NCBI RefSeq assembly: GCF_018977255.1
Contig: NW_024704742.1
Span: 21,578,001-21,642,000 of the forward strand
Direction of reading: 5' to 3'
DNA from: Callorhinchus milii
Taxonomy: Eukaryota
DNA: 64,000 bases
Both the position numbers and the translations under genes were made by a program. This document shows, piece by piece, positions 11,640 to 22,380 of this stretch; the stretch's first letter is position 1, and each line of letters opens with the position of its first letter. Under the pieces are notes generated by a model that was not told where the DNA came from, ran no database searches, and saw nothing but the letters and a program-made list of their open reading frames with translations.

Positions 11640-12008
11640 TACTGTACTGTAAAGTGGATTGACTTAAAGGTGAAACGTGGCAGCCAATTGCGTAGAGCAG
11701 TGTCCCACAAACAGCCAAAGTGTGAGTGATCAATTTTTATTTGGGGATTGTTGGTCAGGACAGGGGGACAAACTTCCATCTCTTTTCAAATAGTCCCATG
11801 GGATCTTTATTGCCCACATGAATGAACAGATGAAACCTCGGTTTAATGTCTCATCCAAAGAATGGCACCTTTGACAATGCAACACATCCCCACAACTGCA
11901 TTGAAGTGTCATCTTAGATTATGTGATTCCGAGTCCCAAAGTGAGGTTTTGAATCCACAACCTTCTGACTTAGATGCAAGAGTGCTACCACTAAGCCAGG
12001 CTGAGACA
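11640..12008 (-). mobile_element. Deu-domain SINE family B
   Basis: Reverse complement of ggtgcc..ggatgagacattaaaccgagg..aaagatcccatgg (Deu core as in AmnSINE1/SacSINE1) and tRNA-like head. Confidence 0.85.
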
Positions 12009-12296
12009 CATGCACAGAAACCACTATTAACTGACCACAAAGATTGTTGTGTCTCAGGAAGTGTTTGTTTATCTCTGTTTGTACCTATCTTTATAATCTG
12101 TAGTACTGTTCCAAATAGATACTTATCCAATTACCTTTTGAATGAGTTAATCGGCACAGCCTGAGCTGTTTTTAATATCAATCCATTGTACATGTTCCAC
12201 TCCTCTATAGGGAATTTATTTTATCTCTAATCTTGCTTGAAACATATTCAATTGAAACCTAAGTCCTCCATTCTGTACTCACAGTCGGTAAGATAA

Positions 12297-12478
12297 GAAT
12301 GCAAAATATTGCAGTTGCTGGAAATCGGAAAACAAAAACAGAAGTCGCTGGGAACACTCAGCAGTTCAAAGGGTCGTGGATCTGACGAAGGGTCGTGGAT
12401 CTGAAACGTTGACTCACTTTCCTTTTTCCATAGATACTGCCTGACCTGCTGAGTGTTCCCAGCGACTTCTGTTTTTGA
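12297..12478 (+). mobile_element. Second palindromic Penelope-type remnant with hammerhead core
   Basis: Same arms as 8131-8335; CTGACGA (12382-12388)-a-gggtc-gtg-gatct-GAAAC-GTT (to 12410). Confidence 0.75.
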
Positions 12479-12554
12479 TATAAGGTAAAAATCCTGCTAT
12501 CACATGTTAAATGCACCTCATAGTTTCAAAGTCCTGGCTCATGTCACTCCTCCT

Positions 12555-12700
12555 TTTTTGATCAGACAAGTGTTTAACATGTGCAAAAACCCATCACCGT
12601 GTAAGTTCCATATATTCATGCCACCTCCACATGGAAACTTCCCTGTGTCTGGAATGGAGTGCACACTTTCACCCTGGAGGGCTGAACCTTGCTTAGGGAA
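12555..12700 (-). repeat. Unnamed dispersed repeat D
   Basis: T-run, then aaacccatcacc and acatggaaa motifs shared with 14083, 36778, 42302, 60655. Confidence 0.65.
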
Positions 12701-14082
12701 CTCCCTAGCCCCAGTGACTGGTCTGCCCCTCCAGGTCCTGCTGGTGATCATCAGCAGTGCCTTGGAATATGGCAAACCTGTCTTGATCAGTAACCGTACT
12801 ACCACGACAGCCATAGAGTGGCAACTTGATCACCTTGGAGCCAGCTCAGCTTCAAGAAGACCCTGCTTACAGTCCCTCCCAAGGAAGGCAGTCATGTCTC
12901 CTCTCAATTATCTTCTTCCCAATGAGAACTAGTTCAGCTCTACAAGTCTGTGCCTATGGCATAGAGACCTAAGTCCAGAATAATTGTTTTGTTCTTCTCT
13001 CAACTGAAATTGTGTGCTATTGGACTGAATGTTGAATGACTTCTGAAACCTTGCCCTCTTCAGGTTAAATCAAAAGCGTGGCTGGGAATATTTTAGCGTT
13101 TTACAATTCACATCACCAAACAGATAAAGAATTTGATTTTTGTATTTTATGAAGACTTAATTTGTTTTTTTTTCAAATTCTGTTACTTTCAAAATATTTC
13201 CTTAATAGAGAACGGTACTGAATTTTGAGCCTTGTCAGTTTAACTAGCTAATTCATTCGATAAGCTTTATCCATTTTAATTGTCTTACATATAATTGAAT
13301 CCGTCAATCATATTCAGGACTAGTAAAGCAGTGTAATACTGTATGTGCATATCTACAAGATCATTGACCATTGGAAAGTTTAATGTACTGTATTTTGTAT
13401 ATTTAATTATTACATTGAACGTAAACATTGCACGGCACACAATGAACACTGTACTGTAAACAAAACGCAAAATTGCACTGTAAAGATTATTCTTCTGTAA
13501 TGTTTTCTGTCTCCCTGCTCTGTCTCAGTCCAAACGTTATGTTCCATCTCTGTCCCAGTCTATTATATATCTCAATTCTGTCCCAGTTTATTTCTGTCTC
13601 CCAAATCTCCATGGAATCTCTTTGCTGTCATTGCATTCTTGAAATATATTTCTGCCTCTTTCCCCTGTTATGGTTCAATCCTGACCTATTTCCATCTTGT
13701 AGATCTATTTTTGTTCTCTCCAGATCTAGGTGTATCACTCAGATTGGTCATTACTCTGCCTCGGTCTGTTGACAGCTCCTGACTCTCATTGCTTCTCATT
13801 TTACTACTTGTTATACTGTTATTGTTTGATCTCAGAATATCCCACCTTCTTGTTCTACCTTTGCTCTGTTCCAATGAACAAAGAGCATTCTGTTACAGGG
13901 ATCACAGACCACCGGTTATAACAGTTAGCTCTGTTTCGGCTTCTGATTGTTGAAGTGTTTTAAATTTTCCAACCACAACTTTATTATCTTAAAGAATAAA
14001 CACTACCTAGATTGATAGGAACATAGGAATGTACTGGTGGTTTGAAAATAGTCCTCTTTCAATTAGCTTTAAGGGTATTTTC

Positions 14083-14165
14083 TTTTTGGTCAACTGGGCG
14101 TTTGACACATGCAGAAACCCATCACTATGCTTCAGAGTATCGAATCCAGACTGAGACTACATTAC
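14083..14165 (-). repeat. Dispersed repeat D fragment
   Basis: ttttggtcaac..acatgcagaaacccatcactatgc..ccagactgaga. Confidence 0.7.
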
Positions 14166-14302
14166 ACCGGCACAAACTTGATGGGCTAAATTGCTTGTGT
14201 CTGTAATTCTAAATATCTGGGAGTGGTGGGGGCGGGGGGGGGGGGGGTTGTGGATGATCAGTAAAATTGATTTTCTTTGGAAAACTTTTTGAGACTTTTA
14301 TC

Positions 14303-14390
14303 TTTACAGTATATTCTTTGAAGCGCTTTGGGACGTCTAGAAGACGTGAAAAGCGCTATATCAAATGCAAGGATTATTATTATTATTATT
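14303..14390 (+). mobile_element. SINE tail fragment
   Basis: Shared tail hairpin and (TTA)n. Confidence 0.8.
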
Positions 14391-14859
14391 ACTATCGGTT
14401 CTGTAATGCGCTCATTGCAATCCTGCCGATTGATAACCAAATCAGACTCTCGGATGTAACCTCTGAAATTCTGGAATGGTCCCCTCCTTGCAACACTCTA
14501 TGCACATAACCTGGATCAGAGCACATTCTTGGCACTCAAGTGCATTATGTTTGTGCCAGAATTGCCACGTCTTAGCCCGCGATCTGAGAGTGAAGGAGCT
14601 GTTTGAAGTTTTGCTGTGAAAAGCTTTGTTAGCACCTGGCTTGTGCTCTTCAGTTTTGTGAATGTTCCAAAACAAATCCAGATTTTTTACTGATATTCAC
14701 AAAATTTACACAAAACGATTTTTTTTGCACCAAATGTTTGTGTCTTTAAGCTCTCCCATTTTTTTAGTGAAAAATAAACCTCCCCCCAAAACAAAACTCC
14801 AAAATTAACCCTGATTCTATGGATTTTAAAGAAATATTTTAATGGTCCAGAGGTGAACA

Positions 14860-15100
14860 TTATTTCAGTGAGTGAGTGTAAGTGTATGGAACAGGCTCCC
14901 TAGGGAGACAATGGAAGCAGAGACTATTGATTCTTTCAAAAGCAAATTAGATAGATTTATTTTAGGAAATACAGTAATGTGGTGGAATACAGTATATAGT
15001 TTGGAACATGACATGTGCAGGCGACTGCCAGGATGGTGGAAGGCGAACTGGATGGACCATGATCTTCTAGCAATTCTTATATTCTTATTATATTCTTATC
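14860..15100 (+). mobile_element. CR1 LINE 3' end
   Basis: VWNRLPRETMEAETIDSFKSKLDRF. Confidence 0.8.
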
Positions 15101-15101
15101 A

Positions 15102-15425
15102 TAATAATATTAATAATAATAATCCTTGCATTTGATATAGCGCTTTTCACGTCGGAAGGACGTCCCAAAGTGCTTCACAGAACACACTGTAAAGTGAATT
15201 GACTATATATTTGTGGGCGAACGAGGCAGCCAATTGCGCACAGCAATGTCCCACAAACAGTCATAGATTGAAAGTGACCGATTTATTATTGTTTTGTTTT
15301 TTTGGAGCGATTATTATTAGGTGTGTGGAGTAAGGAAATTTGCCCAAGGTTTCGCCCTGCCTGGAATTGAACCCAGGTCTCTCGCTTGCAAAGCGAGTGC
15401 TCTAACCACTGAGCTACAGGACTCC
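15102..15425 (-). mobile_element. SINE family A, short variant
   Basis: Almost intact tRNA-Ala-like head at about 15352-15425; central segment missing as in 52369. Confidence 0.9.
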
Positions 15426-15727
15426 ACAATGTGATAAGGCTAATAATGGCCATGCAATGTCGAGCAGTTATTTGAAGAAATGTAGTAGAATTTCCAACTG
15501 GTCCAAATTTGCCCTATTGACAGAATGTTTTCAGAGTGTAGAGGACATGATAAATTGTTGAGTTCAGTTTCAGCTTTGTAGCGTGTTTTCTGTTGTTCTT
15601 AAAAGAATTTATTGTTCCCTCGTTGCCCAGGATAGAGATGGGATGAGTCTTGCCTCCTTTTTGCCCATCTTCAGATCTCATCTGAAAAGGTATGTAAAAT
15701 GTTAAACCTATTGGTACAAATAATAAT

Positions 15728-16130
15728 CTGTACATTTGATAAAAGTCTGCAGGACATCTCAAAGTGCTTCATAGGATTTTACTGTATAGTGACATTATAT
15801 TTTGGAAACAGACTCAGCTGTCAATTTGCCCACATTGATGTCCCACAAACAGCCATGAAATAAATGACCAATTTTATCTAGAGGATTGTAGGCCAGGATA
15901 CTGGGAGAAACATCCTATTATTTTTGAATCGTGCCACGAGATCTTTAATGTCCACCTGAACAGGTAGATTTGAACCTTGGTTTAATATCTCATCTGAAGG
16001 ATCGTACTTCTGACAATGTAGCATATCACCAGCATTGCATTGGAGTGTCATCTTTGGCAATGGGATTCCAAGTCCCAGTGTGGGGCTTGAACCTCCAACC
16101 TTCTGACTCAGAGAGAAGGCTGCTACCAAT
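15728..16130 (-). mobile_element. Deu-domain SINE family B
   Basis: Reverse complement of head, Deu core and tail. Confidence 0.8.
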
Positions 16131-17249
16131 TAAGGAAGAATGGCACACAATGGTAGTTTCCTGAGACATCACTAGCTAATATACAAAATGCATAATGGAA
16201 CATAACCAAATGGAAGGCTTTTGTGGAGTATAAACACCAGTATAAGAAGAAGAATCCTTGCATTTGATATAGCACCTTATCATGTCGTTGAAACATCTCA
16301 AAGCGATTCCCAGAAAATATTGTAAAGTGTTTTTACAATACAATACAATTGATATTGTAAAGTCTGGGTATTTTGTGGGCGAAATGGACTAGTTGGGCTA
16401 AATGGCCTGTTTCTGTGATGTTTATTTTTGTGTAATTCTATATAAAATCTTTCCCTGATTTGAAGCCAAAGCAAACAGCATAGAAACTGCTGCTCCAAGT
16501 GTTCAGACCTCTGATAAACAGCAAATACAAACCATTTATTTGCAATAGGAAAGCAATAGGACTAAATGAGACAAATGTAGTGAGAGTAATGTTGTAACTG
16601 CGTGCCTTCACTTTCCGACCACCCGCAGTAAGAACACAATGGTGCCTTCTATATTTTCAGACTGGAATTGGTGCAGGAGGTAACTATGCCTTTGTAGAAG
16701 TTCAGAAATAGTAGCAGAAGAAAGCCACATCCAGCAGTTGTCAGATAACAGCACAAGAAATCTTTGAAAAGTTTGCAGCTGGGAGATAGGGTCTGGTACA
16801 ATGTCAAGTATCCCACACTGAAGCAGATTCATTGCAGCTATTTATGCTCCTTGATAATTAAAGAAAGAACTTGCATTTTTGTGGCATCTTATCAAGTTGA
16901 AGCATAGCCAAACGGATGCTTCATAGATAAATGCTAACAAGTGTTGTGACTGTAGCCTTTGCATCAGCAAGTTCTCACAAAAAGACAATAGATAACTGAC
17001 CAATTAACCTGAAGCATTAAGAGCAGTTGTGCCTGTATTAACACATTTGGGTGTGTACCATATGTATTAGATACAAGCATTAGATTTGTCTCATTTTGTG
17101 AAAAGGATATTGAGAATGAGAGCATACCACAACAACAACAATTTGCATTTATATAGCACCCTTTATGCGGGGTAGCTTGAATACTACAAATAAAGAAAAT
17201 GGCATCTCCAAAACTCATGAGCATTCGGAATTTAGTAATCTGTCAACAC

Positions 17250-17582
17250 ATCTCAAAATGTTGAAATAAGATTGAATTTTACAGTAAAGCATAGTGACTG
17301 TGTATTTAGTAGACATACGCGGCAACCAATTTGCACACAGCAAAGTCCCACAAATAGCTGTGAAGCGAATGACCCATTTTATCTTGTTGGCCAAGGCACC
17401 TGGAGAAATCCTCTTCTTTTATCAAATAGTCCCATACAATCTTTAACATCCACGTGAACTGGCAGACTGGACCTTGATTTAAGGTCTATTCTGAAGGACG
17501 GCACCTCCAACAATGCAGTGCTACCTCAGTATTGCACTGGAATCAGGCTAGACTGACTTCCAAATCCTGATGTGGGGCTTGC
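17250..17582 (-). mobile_element. Deu-domain SINE family B
   Basis: gaaggacggcacctcc..aatgcag (reverse complement of the Deu core). Confidence 0.8.
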
Positions 17583-19500
17583 CTCTATGATATTCCTACT
17601 GTACAATGTTACAGTCTGAGAGTTTTGTTTCCCTGACAGAAGCATTGAATTCTACATTTAGTAGATCAGCACATCAATTAATGCTTCCCTTCCAGTGAAC
17701 CAATGTCAAATTCCCCTCACTTGCAGTTAGAAGCAGTCGACATTTGCCAGACCTGCTCTCTCCAGTTCCTTTATATTTCCCACACAAGAAGGCTTATTGC
17801 CTTCTCCAAAATTCCTGGTCTGTGCAATTTGTTTGTCCAACCAGGTCACCCAATCCTAACAGCACCCTTGAACTTTACTGATTCTTGACTGAGATGTACA
17901 GGATCCAGACTGTATTTCAATGTATTTCAGAATATCATTTTACCATCAGTGCGATTCATGTCTAACACAGTCTTTGAGTGTACAATTGTCCCTGGTCTTT
18001 CCAAACTATGTTAATTACCACCTCCCTGAAAGGAAACATCTGTGGGATTTAAAGGTGAAATGAATACTTCATGAAGAACTTGGTTGAAGCATCTTTTGTG
18101 GTCATTAATAACATTTTTAGCTTCTTTTGATACTTGTGGAACTACAAACAGAGTGACCAATAGTTACCGGTCAATCCTTTGATCTAATTTCCTCAAGTGA
18201 CCTCAACCTATCCTAGGTGGGTGTCGTGGGTAGCGAGACCCGAGAAAGGACTTTGGACTACATTACCCTGGGTGTTAGCATCAGGAAGTAGACATTTGCG
18301 ATGTGATAAGACGCTATATCAAATGCAAGGATTACTATTATTTTGATCATTTATTGCAATTGTTTGATTATAAGTCGTCCCTGGCACACTTGATTTCTAA
18401 TCGATTTCATTCTGTAAAAGGCTTTGCATTCATGTGAAAGGTCCTACAAAATAGAAATGTTCATTGTCATTACAAATTTGCATTTTTCTGTACGTTTTGC
18501 AATCAAAGCAAATGCAAGGAATATTATATTATCATAGATTACATTCAATAAAAAAGAAGTCCCAAGAACCTTGTAAATATTGTATTTCATATTGTTCTTT
18601 CCGAATGCTTTTCCTTTGGCAATTACTTGTTGCAAAGTCACTGTGACCACTTCACTTACGGGATTCTTTTCATGCTCTCAAATAAGATGGATTAAATTGG
18701 CACATTAATCACAGAAATTCAAAATTCTACTTATTGATATCCTACATATTTTAAAATATTTTATTTCCAGATCACCCATATTATTTGTTTGGGTTATTAA
18801 TTTTCAGTTCTGCAGCCTTGTGGTGCCAGTGGACGTAAAGAGACTGCCCTTTGAAATATGAATTTGAAGTTATATTTCAAAGAAACATGGAGTCTTTCTC
18901 CCTGGTTTTTATTGCATGGTTCTTTCCTTTCACTTCAGTTCTTGTATCAAATAAAAAAACAACATTTTACAGCAAATACATTTTCGGCTTTATGCAAAGT
19001 GTGTTTAAAGTTCCATTAAACAAAGATCGACACTTGATGATTCTAAAATAAAGCAATGATTGGTCTAGCGATCGGAGTCCTGTCTCCATGAACAAAAATG
19101 GTAAGGTGTGAAAACTATTTTATTTTACTATTTTTGTCTACTCATGATTTAGTATGTTTAGGTTGCCCGAGGTATTTAATCACAGCATGGTTGACAAATT
19201 TGTCTTTTAGTTAATTAGTAGTCACCAAACATTAACAGGCATTCACTGTGCATCAAGTAAGAATGTTGTTTTTTTCTTCAAACCATGATCCTCAAGACTT
19301 GCTAACCACAGGATGACATTTTAGATGTTTTATTACTAGTCTACTTTACCACTGACCTCAGCAGAGAAACGATATATCAGATGAAAAAACATATCATAAA
19401 AGTATGAAAAACACTCAAATTTGCAGAAATATTTAACCAAATTGTCCACAATAACCCCTAAAATTAGACTTTACTCCAGTTCGATTGTTTACAGCTGATA

Positions 19501-19717
19501 GGGCCTAAAATTCCACCTAGTCGGTGCCTGTGAGACCATTTTGTCTTAAAATTTAAGATTGCGCAGTTCTGTGGAAAATGCTTCAATTCAGCCTTAATTA
19601 GGAAATTTGCTTGCCCAAGTTGTCAAGAAAAACAAATTCCAAACTAAGAGTGAATTCAAGAATTTTCCACATTCTACACAACCTGAAGTGTAAAGACAAA
19701 TGGCCTCAAAGTCTAAT
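19501..19717. mobile_element. Degenerate palindromic MITE-like element
   Basis: gtcttaaaatttaagattg motif shared with 26180 and 29653; imperfect inverted arms. Confidence 0.5.
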
Positions 19718-19718
19718 C

Positions 19719-19810
19719 GTAGAATCGAATCATAGAATCTTACAGAAGAGAAGGCGGCCATTCGGCCCATCATGCCTGTACGGGATCTTTGAAAGAGCAA
19801 TCCACCTAGT
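19719..19810 (-). mobile_element. CR1 3' tail
   Basis: tagaatc..catagaatc repeats and ggccattcggcccatc. Confidence 0.75.
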
Positions 19811-20583
19811 TCCATGTTTTGCATGGGATTTGTGGACACTTTTGCAGCAAATCACAGTGGAGAGCTCAGTACTTGTTCAGCTGCACTATTTTTACTCTGG
19901 CGGCAATGGTAATAAACCTTTAGGATTTTCCAAAAGAGCTCTGACTAGGTTAAACCAACGAGTGGCTGCTCCCATGACTCTTATGATTTTTGTGGAGATC
20001 AAACAAAAGTCATGCTATTAAAATTGGAGATGTATTTACAACCAAAAAATAATCTGGTTACCTTTAAGGGTATTATTCCTTTTTCTTAAAATGTAGTTAT
20101 TCTCCACATAATATAAGTAAAGTTAACAATCAGCAGAGCAAAGTAATAGCAATGGTATTTTGTTCAATCAAATCAATGTAACCCTCTCCCATATCCACCA
20201 TGTGTCAAACATGTGGCAATCCTCTGTCCTTTGTACCTGTGAGCGGTGAAGCCCAGCAATAATACACTGACCTTTTAAGATTCTTTTAAAAAAAAACGTA
20301 CAAATAACTTGTTAAACAGTAAACTTAAATAACAATTGTTAAAGAATAATTAACAGGAAGGTTGGACTAACTTATTATTGTGTTTTGTTGCAATTTCGAC
20401 CTAAAATGTCTTTTGGGTTTTTAATGAATGGTGTTGCTTGGTGTGGCATGGGATAAATGGCACAAACATTAACAAACACAAAGACTCCCTCTAAGAAAAT
20501 CAAATTGTGGAAGAAGGCAAATGCTCAGTTTGATTATGTGGAGCCTCACTGTATTTGAAGAGTAAAGAACATGCATTTCAAGC

Positions 20584-20978
20584 TAATAATAATAATCCTT
20601 GCATTTGTTATTGCCCCTTTCACATAAGGAAGTTGTCTCAGAGCGCTTCATAGGATTTACTGTAAAACTCAGTGACTGCATATAGTATCTTCTAGGTGAA
20701 CACAGCAGCCAATTTGCATGCAGGAATGTCCCACAAACAACCATGAAATGAATGACCAGTCTTATATGTTCAGTTGTTGTCCAGGACACTGGGAGAAACT
20801 CTCTTGGTTTAACATCTCATCCCAAAGATGGCATCTCCAACAATGCAGCGCTCCTCCAGCACTCTTTGAAGTGTCAATCCAGGCTATATAAGTTTCAAAT
20901 AAGTCCCAACCTGAAGTTTGAACCCACAACCTTCTGACTCAGAAATGAGAGTGCTAACAATTGAGCAAGGTTGCCACT
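20584..20978 (-). mobile_element. Deu-domain SINE family B
   Basis: Tail, partial core and head on the minus strand. Confidence 0.8.
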
Positions 20979-21169
20979 GAGACAGATAAGGGACCTCTAC
21001 CTTAATTCACCATTCTTTTTGCTACATATGCTTTGAGTAAATCACCATAAGTAATCCATCTTCTGAAGGAAGGAGACTGTAAAACAAAGATTGGCATAAC
21101 TCTGCCCAACTGAAAGAATTTTTTTTGAATCAATAACCAAATGACATTGTTTAGTGAAAGTGAAAACAA

Positions 21170-21522
21170 CAAAGAATTTGTCATTTTATGGTACTTTATC
21201 ATGTCAAATCATCTTGCAATGTTTTGCATGTAATTGCTGTCAAATGCAGTGGATTTTTTGTAGGCAAACACATTTGTACCAGCAATAATCAAGATGTATG
21301 TTTTCCCAGGATACTGGAGGAAACTCCCTTCATTTTATAAATATGGTCCTGGGAACCACTTCATTCAAGCAGATAGGACCTCAGTTTAACATTTGATATG
21401 AAAGATCAAACCACCAACTATGCCATTCTCCCGCTAAAACTGACCCTCAAGTCCAAAGTAAGTTATAACTCATAACTTTCTGGCCCAGAGGAAAAAGTGC
21501 AACCAACTCAGTCAAACTGACA
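21170..21522 (-). mobile_element. Old degraded family B SINE
   Basis: Diverged match to the family B reverse complement. Confidence 0.55.
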
Positions 21523-21671
21523 CTATGGCACAGAAACAGTCAAATTATTTAGTGACTCCTGCTCATGCCAAAGTGCTCTTAATTTTATCAAGAAATTTTT
21601 CATGGTTACCTGGCAGCAATGGAGATAAAGAAAAAACTCCCCGTTATTCAATTTGTTACAATTGATAATGA

Positions 21672-22380
21672 CATCCTTGCATTTGATATAATGCTTATGG
21701 CATCAAGAATATTTCAAAGCACATCACAAAGTGAATAGTAAAGTGTATTCTTAAGTGAAGGTGGCAGCTAATTTGCACCTCAAAGTTCCCAAATGGTCAA
21801 GAAGTGAATGACCATGAGAAGTTCAGCCTGGATCAGTTGGTAACGCTCTCGCCTCTAAGTCAGAAGTTTGTAAGTTTAACACCCACTTCAGAAGTTTGAA
21901 CACACATAGTCTAGACTCTAGGCTGACACTCCAATGCAGTGCAGGAGTGAGCTGCATTATTGGAGGTGCCGTCCTTCACACGAGGCGTTAAACATAGGTC
22001 CTATCTGCCTATCCAGGTGAATAATAAAGATCCATGGCACTATTTGAAAAGGGGAGTTTCTCCCAGTGTCCTAGCCAGCAATCCCCAAATAAAATTGATC
22101 ACTAACTCCACGGCTGTTTTATGGGACATTGTTGTGCACAAACTAGCTGCCACGCTTGCTCACAAAATACACTGCAGTTGCTTTACTTTACAGTAAATCC
22201 TGTTGAAACTTTTTGAGACAACTCAATGCCATGATAAGTCACTGTATCCAATGCAAGGCTTATTATAAATTCCTTTTTCTTTTCGAATAGTGCCATGGGG
22301 TTGCTAACGTCCACCTGAACCTGCTTAACAGCTCATCTAAAGACTGACAAGTCCTACAATGCAGGGCTCATCCAGCAACC
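21672..22380 (-). mobile_element. Family B SINE interrupted by an antisense family B copy
   Basis: Tail half at 21672-21820 and Deu-core half at 22266-22380 join in consensus order. Confidence 0.65.
21823..22265 (+). mobile_element. Deu-domain SINE family B, full length
   Basis: Head, ggaggtgccgtccttc Deu core, tail. Confidence 0.88.

Noticed and set aside
13490..13950. Additional Penelope/hammerhead copies (also near 45300-45620 and 58990-59075)
   Set aside because: Only faint similarity by eye and no catalytic core; not supportable without alignment.
15352..15425. tRNA-Ala(UGC) gene
   Set aside because: It is the head of SINE family A: it runs directly into the SINE body, lacks a proper acceptor stem and has no terminator.
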